Positions 59,246 to 64,000 of a stretch of DNA of 64,000 nt are shown here, piece after piece. The first letter of the stretch is position 1, and each line of letters opens with the position of its first letter. Position numbers and translations under genes: made by a program. The DNA lies in contig JAPLFR010000016.1 in NCBI GenBank assembly GCA_026390575.1, positions 534,737-598,736 of the forward strand, in the 5' to 3' direction. The stretch is from Ignavibacteriales bacterium (GTDB lineage: Bacteria > Bacteroidota > Ignavibacteria > UBA10030). The notes under the pieces were generated by a model. The model was not told the DNA's origin. It searched no databases and saw only the letters and a program-made list of their open reading frames with translations.

Positions 59246-59701
59246 ATGGAAAAACAGCGACGTCATCTTACAATCAAACAAATTCTCGCCAGCCGTACAA
59301 TAACGACGCAAAGCGAATTGGCATCCGCGATGCGGAAGGAAGGTTTTAAGACTACGCAAGCGACTCTCTCGCGAGACATGAAAGAGCTTGGCATTGCATG
59401 GGTCTATACACCGAGCGGCGCAAAATATATGCTCAGCCCGGAACAGGAAGAAGAACGTATGACCACGCTCATCGGTTTTGAAATTGAACAGATTGATGCA
59501 AATGAAAGCATTGTAGTCATTAAGACTCTGCCCGGTCGGGCACAGGGTGTTGCAGAAATAATAGACCATCTTCGTCTCCCATCTGTTCTTGGTACGCTTG
59601 CAGGCGACAACACAGTATTTATTCTTCCGCGTTCGATTAAGAAGATCAAAGAAACCATCAGTGCGCTTCGCGGCGTTCTTGAAAAAAACAAACAAGTATA
59701 A
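59246..59701 (+). CDS. argR: Arginine repressor
   Basis: 151 aa. N-terminal winged-helix (ITTQSELASAMRKEGFKTTQATLSRDMKEL). C-terminal oligomerisation/Arg-binding domain (GTLAGDNTVFIL). Confidence 0.85.
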   Translation: MEKQRRHLTIKQILASRTITTQSELASAMRKEGFKTTQATLSRDMKELGIAWVYTPSGAKYMLSPEQEEERMTTLIGFEIEQIDANESIVVIKTLPGRAQGVAEIIDHLRLPSVLGTLAGDNTVFILPRSIKKIKETISALRGVLEKNKQV

Positions 59702-59741
59702 ACACAGGCCTTACTCTTGAAATAAAATTGAATAATGAGCA

Positions 59742-60080
59742 ATGTATTTCCACACGATTGATATTGCCCATCCGCCGCTTACATCCGAGATCGCCGAGGA
59801 AGTGCTTGATGATGAAGTGATCCATGTCCGTTTCACACAAAAATGGCGCGTGCTGAAAGTAATCCATGGTCATGGGATAAACGATCGTCCTGCAGTATTG
59901 AAACAAGTTGTTTATAACTGGGCGTATCGCAATCGAAAGCATCTGAAGGCGGTCATTCCTGGAGAAGAATACAATATTGTAGATACAAGAACACAAGAAA
60001 TGCGAAAACAATGCGGTCAGGTAGCGGATGTGGACCTTGGTGCGTCAAATCCTGGCATGACGTTAATTTGGATAAAATAA
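59742..60080 (+). CDS. Smr-domain protein
   Basis: 112 aa. IDIAHPPLTSEIAEEVLDDEV...VLKVIHGHGINDRPAVLKQVV matches the Smr LDLHG...IHGKG pattern. Confidence 0.5.
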   Translation: MYFHTIDIAHPPLTSEIAEEVLDDEVIHVRFTQKWRVLKVIHGHGINDRPAVLKQVVYNWAYRNRKHLKAVIPGEEYNIVDTRTQEMRKQCGQVADVDLGASNPGMTLIWIK

Positions 60081-60271
60081 TTGTTTGAGTAGTTGAGAGT
60101 AGTCGCTGAAAATATTAGTAAGTGATGTTACACAATGTCAGTTGATTTATAGCCACGACCTGTCCCGAAGGGATGGCGTTGCCAAAGGTCGTGGCAATAT
60201 TTTGTTGCATTCTGCGTAATATCAATTAGTAATTGAACTATTGAGAGAATATAATAATCAGGAGAATACAC

Positions 60272-61489
60272 TTGAAAAAAGAACGAATTGCCGTCGCGTA
60301 CTCCGGCGGCCTTGATACATCGGTCATTGTGAAATGGCTGCAGGAAAAATACAATGCAGAGATTATTACTGTTACCGGAAATTTGGGACAGAAGAAGGAA
60401 CTTGCAGGCGTGAAAGAAAAAGCGCTCAAGACCGGTGCAAAGAAAGCATACGTTCTGGATTTGCGAAAAGAATTTGTGGAAGAATATATTTGGCCGGTGC
60501 TCAAAGCCGGTGCGATCTACGAGTTTAACTATCCGATGGCAACAGCAATTGGCCGCCCGTTGCTTGCAAAATCCTTAGTGGAAGTCGCTTTGAAAGAAGG
60601 ATGTTCCGCGGTTGCGCATGGCTGCACAGGGAAAGGAAACGATCAGGTTCGTTTTGAAGTTGCCGTTGCGGCGCTCGCCCCGGAATTAAAAGTGCTTGCG
60701 CCGGTGCGTGAGTGGGAATTTAAATCGCGTGAAGAAGAAATTGCGTACTGCGAGAAGTATGGCATTCCAGTTTCCGCAACGAAGAAGAATCCCTATTCAA
60801 TCGATGAAAATCTGTGGGGCACTGCGATCGAGTGCGGCGTATTGGAAGATCCGATGGTCGAACCGCCGGCCGATGCGTATCAACGAACAGTACCAGCGAA
60901 CATGGCGCCGGATGAACCAACGTACGTCACTATTGAATTCAAGTTTGGTGTTCCCATTACATTGAACGGCAAGAAAATGAGCGGTGCAGAATTGATCGAC
61001 CGTCTTAATGACATTGCGGGGGCAAACGGAGTCGGCAGACTTGATCTTGTTGAGAATCGCCTTGTCGGTATTAAGTCCCGCGAAGTGTATGAAGCTCCCG
61101 CGGCGACAGTTCTTCACTTTGCCCATCGCGAGCTTGAACGGCTTGTGCTGGACAAAGACACCGCACACTTTAAAGCCAAACTTGCCAACGATTACGCCGA
61201 CATGATTTATAACGGATTGTGGTTCACACCTCTTCGGGTTGCAATGGATGCGTTTGTGAATGAAACACAAAAAGTAGTGTCCGGATTGGTGAAAGTGAAA
61301 CTCTATAAAGGCAATCTCGATATTGCTGGGCGCACTTCGCCTTCTTCACTCTACGATACGAAGCTGGCGACGTACACAGAGGAAGATTCGTTCGACCATA
61401 AAGCGAGTGTCGGCTTTATCAAAATCTATGGCTTGCCGATAAAAACATTTTATCAGGTGAATAAAGGCTTACTGAAGAAGAAAAAGTAG
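60272..61489 (+). CDS. argG: Argininosuccinate synthase
   Basis: TTG start after [22 protein letters not shown]-loop. 405 aa. Confidence 0.9.
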   Translation: MKKERIAVAYSGGLDTSVIVKWLQEKYNAEIITVTGNLGQKKELAGVKEKALKTGAKKAYVLDLRKEFVEEYIWPVLKAGAIYEFNYPMATAIGRPLLAKSLVEVALKEGCSAVAHGCTGKGNDQVRFEVAVAALAPELKVLAPVREWEFKSREEEIAYCEKYGIPVSATKKNPYSIDENLWGTAIECGVLEDPMVEPPADAYQRTVPANMAPDEPTYVTIEFKFGVPITLNGKKMSGAELIDRLNDIAGANGVGRLDLVENRLVGIKSREVYEAPAATVLHFAHRELERLVLDKDTAHFKAKLANDYADMIYNGLWFTPLRVAMDAFVNETQKVVSGLVKVKLYKGNLDIAGRTSPSSLYDTKLATYTEEDSFDHKASVGFIKIYGLPIKTFYQVNKGLLKKKK

Positions 61490-61579
61490 AACATAAATTA
61501 CATTGCATTCACTCAAAAGCCGATAGTCATAGACATCGGCTTTTTTATTCCAAACAGAACTTGAATTTCACCGCATTTC

Positions 61580-63448
61580 TTGCCTGATTACTACCAAACA
61601 TCCATATCAATATCAGGAAATTTCGTGCTTCGTTCATTTTTCACAATACTTCTTTTCACTTCGAGCATTATAGCTCAGGTCAAAATCGATTCTGTCCTGC
61701 AAAAATCTGTTCCGCTCTATACAAACAAGGATACTTTGTTTCTACAGGTCCAGCGTCCGGACAAGGATACCGTACGGACATTTGCCCCTCGTTATCGGAT
61801 AGCCGCCTGCACACGACCTGATGCGAAAGCATTCATCAACAGTAAGCAGACAAAAGTGTATGCAAGCGGCGCTTTTGTTGATCTCCTGCCGATACGTGTC
61901 GATACTAATACTTTTCGTTTCACAGTAAAATCTGCCACAGGAGATTCGCTGTGGAAAGAATTCGTCATCATCCGTCCGCAGCCGATGAAGAATTCCCCGC
62001 ATGATACGCTCGTCATCGAACAAGCGATGATGGAGCCTGCGGAAGATAGTTGGCTTACATCCGGCGATGTATTGGAAGTGAAGTTTAAAGGAAGTCCGGG
62101 GTGGGAAGCATCGTTTGATATACCGGATGTTGAATCAGGTATTCCCATGCGAGAACTGTCGCCCGCCGAAGGCGGCGGATTTGCCGGGATCTACATTGGC
62201 CGGTATATCGTGAAGCCGGCAGATGAAGCACGAGACGTGCAAATTAAATTTCGTCTCAAGAAAAGTTTTTGGAGCAGCGAAAAGGCTTTATCGAAGGCAA
62301 AAATATCAATACTACAAAAAGATTTGCCGCGCATTGCAGAAGTTGTGGGCAAGCGTCCATATCTCAATGCCGGGCTCGGCGAAGATCGGCTTGGCGGTTC
62401 GAAGCTGGGTTTTCTTCAAGAGGGGGTTCGAGTAGAAATCAACGGTAAGATCGGCTCCCAATATCGTGTTAAACTTTCTGCATCTATGGAAGCATGGCTG
62501 CCGGAAGAATTCGCAAAACTTTTACCGTCTGATACACCGCTGCCGCGCGTGCTCGCCGGAGCCATTTCTGCAACAAGCAACGGCCCGGAAGACATTGTCA
62601 CACTTCCACTTTCCGAAAAACTTCCCTACACCAGTGAATTGTTCGTTCACCCCAATGCACTTGCTGTCGATGTCTATGGTGCAACATCGAACACAAATTG
62701 GATTTCACAGTCTCGTTTCGTAAAAGGAATCGAGAGCATTACATGGAAACAGGTTGCCGCCAATCAGTACCGCATGATTATCGACCTGCTCTATCCGCAC
62801 TGGGGGTACGATATTGATTATACGGGCAGTTCACTGCGAATAAAAATCCGCAGGCCTCCTGTGGTTGCTTCGCCTGATTCAGTCCTTTCAGGACTCATGA
62901 TTGCTGTCGATGCGGGACACGGCGGCGACAGTCATGGTTCTATCGGTGCAACCGGAGTGCTTGAAAAAGATGTGAATATTTTGATGGCTCGTCATCTTGA
63001 AACAATCCTCACTTCTAAGGGCGTTCAGGTTGTGCTCACGCGTACAGAGAACGACGTTCCGGCGATGTCCGAACGTATTGATAAAATTATTCGTTCCAAT
63101 GCACGTTTGCTTGTAAGCATTCACTGTAACTCTGCAGGCGATGCATCCGATCCAATTGCGCTCAGAGGCGTCAGCACGTATTACCGGTCTCTTGGATTCA
63201 AACCGCTTGCCGATATTATGTATGATAAGATGCTTGCACTCGGATTGAAACCATTTGGCGAGGTGGGCGGTTTCAACTTTACGCTCAACTCGCTGACGCA
63301 GCTGCCAAATGTATTGGTGGAAACGGCGTTTCTTTCCAATCCTGAAGATGAAATGCTTCTACTGGATGATGGATTTCGGAAGAAAGTGGCAGAGCAGATA
63401 GTAAAGGGATTGGAAGAGTTTGTCAGAACTTATACGGAAGTGAAATGA
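61580..63448 (+). CDS. N-acetylmuramoyl-L-alanine amidase (AmiC-like, C-terminal Amidase_3 domain)
   Basis: C-terminal AVDAGHGGD...VSIHCNS...ETAFLSNPEDE. The true start is probably the GTG at 61625 after AGGAAA (signal peptide LRSFFTILLFTSSIIAQ). Confidence 0.8.
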   Translation: MPDYYQTSISISGNFVLRSFFTILLFTSSIIAQVKIDSVLQKSVPLYTNKDTLFLQVQRPDKDTVRTFAPRYRIAACTRPDAKAFINSKQTKVYASGAFVDLLPIRVDTNTFRFTVKSATGDSLWKEFVIIRPQPMKNSPHDTLVIEQAMMEPAEDSWLTSGDVLEVKFKGSPGWEASFDIPDVESGIPMRELSPAEGGGFAGIYIGRYIVKPADEARDVQIKFRLKKSFWSSEKALSKAKISILQKDLPRIAEVVGKRPYLNAGLGEDRLGGSKLGFLQEGVRVEINGKIGSQYRVKLSASMEAWLPEEFAKLLPSDTPLPRVLAGAISATSNGPEDIVTLPLSEKLPYTSELFVHPNALAVDVYGATSNTNWISQSRFVKGIESITWKQVAANQYRMIIDLLYPHWGYDIDYTGSSLRIKIRRPPVVASPDSVLSGLMIAVDAGHGGDSHGSIGATGVLEKDVNILMARHLETILTSKGVQVVLTRTENDVPAMSERIDKIIRSNARLLVSIHCNSAGDASDPIALRGVSTYYRSLGFKPLADIMYDKMLALGLKPFGEVGGFNFTLNSLTQLPNVLVETAFLSNPEDEMLLLDDGFRKKVAEQIVKGLEEFVRTYTEVK

Positions 63449-63574
63449 TATTGGAAACATAAAGCTGTTGCACCTTTTCACTTTTTCCTTGCTTTCATTG
63501 CTCCCTCCCCTATTTTTAAGTAAATTGAATGAAGCAGTTCTCTTATATCAATCATTATTACTCGGATATCGATC

Positions 63575-64000
63575 ATGCCTACTCAAACGCTTTGGGGCGG
63601 AAGGTTTAAAGAACCTCTTGCTGAAATCGCACTAAAATTTTCTTCTTCCATAGAGTTCGACAAAATACTCTACGAGGAAGATATTGCCGGAAGCATCGCA
63701 CATGTGGAAATGCTTGCAGCGTGCAAAGTACTGACGGCAACTGAGATGCGGCGTATCCGTACAGCCCTGAAATCAATCCAGAAAGAAATTGAAACCGGTA
63801 AGTTTGATTTAACTGCCGAATACGAAGACGTACACATGGCAATCGAACAGCGGCTGACACAAAAAATCGGAGCGCTCGGCGGAAAACTGCACACGGCACG
63901 AAGCCGCAACGATCAGATTGCACTTGACGAACGGTTATTCCTCCGCACTGCAATTCGCGAAATCAGCAAACTTGTCATCAATCTCCAGCGCGTACTGCTT
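63575..64000 (+). CDS. argH: Argininosuccinate lyase (N-terminal 142 aa; continues beyond window end)
   Basis: MPTQTLWGGRFKEPLAEIALKFSSSIEFDKILYEEDIAGSIAHVEMLA...TARSRNDQIALDERLFL. Canonical ArgH N-terminus and S-R-N-D motif. Not in the ORF track (no stop in window). Confidence 0.9.
   Translation, partial: MPTQTLWGGRFKEPLAEIALKFSSSIEFDKILYEEDIAGSIAHVEMLAACKVLTATEMRRIRTALKSIQKEIETGKFDLTAEYEDVHMAIEQRLTQKIGALGGKLHTARSRNDQIALDERLFLRTAIREISKLVINLQRVLL

Noticed and set aside
1-64000. CRISPR arrays, tRNA, rRNA or tmRNA genes
   Set aside because: No regularly spaced direct repeats were seen. No GGTTCGA[AT]TCC-type tRNA T-arm signatures were seen. No rRNA-like conserved stretches were found in intergenic regions scanned by eye.

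Overview
This 64-kb window reads as a chromosomal segment from an FCB-group bacterium (Bacteroidota/Ignavibacteriota-like). The basis is gene content and often weak Shine-Dalgarno signals. The sequence is moderately AT-rich by eye. No rRNA, tRNA or CRISPR was found.

Housekeeping content:
- A minus-strand histidine operon, hisG-D-C-B-H-A-F, with hisF running off the window start. A YerC/TrpR-family regulator sits immediately upstream of it.
- A threonine/serine dehydratase, etfB-etfA, and a bifunctional nuclease.
- A polyamine module pairing a deoxyhypusine-synthase-like protein with a eukaryotic-type ornithine decarboxylase.
- A plus-strand arginine cluster, argC-argJ-argB-argR-Smr-argG-amidase-argH, with argH running off the window end.
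- ychF, an acyl-CoA synthetase/thioesterase/GATase1 cluster, a TonB-dependent receptor followed by two PAP2 phosphatases, and cell-wall hydrolases (M23, NlpC/P60, amidase).

Accessory and unusual content:
1. A PurF-like amidophosphoribosyltransferase whose catalytic N-terminal Cys is replaced by Gly. It lies upstream of three uncharacterised membrane proteins, two of them distant paralogs.
2. A perfect 23-bp tandem duplication that creates an 8-codon uORF coupled to the start of the TrpR-like regulator.
3. Two tandem paralogs combining TPR-like hairpins, TerB-like repeats and a receiver domain whose phospho-acceptor Asp is Glu.
4. A roughly 5.5-kb AT-rich island of nine small plus-strand genes. 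They include an ankyrin-repeat protein, a TonB_C-like protein, a zinc-ribbon-Mrr_cat nuclease, isochorismatase, YkgJ, DinB and DUF3795 proteins. Five of them are preceded by the same ~30-bp dyad or hairpin motif, TCCCR-N10-11-YGGGAGTT with an AAAACAG core. A 420-bp structured intergenic region with GTCACG hairpins and G-tracts lies upstream of the island.
5. An orphan permuted N-methyltransferase with an HPPY tetrapeptide.
6. A LemA gene followed by two tandem paralogous M48/HtpX-like proteases and a ThuA-like protein.
7. Degenerate (CTGATTA)n heptanucleotide arrays at two intergenic sites.
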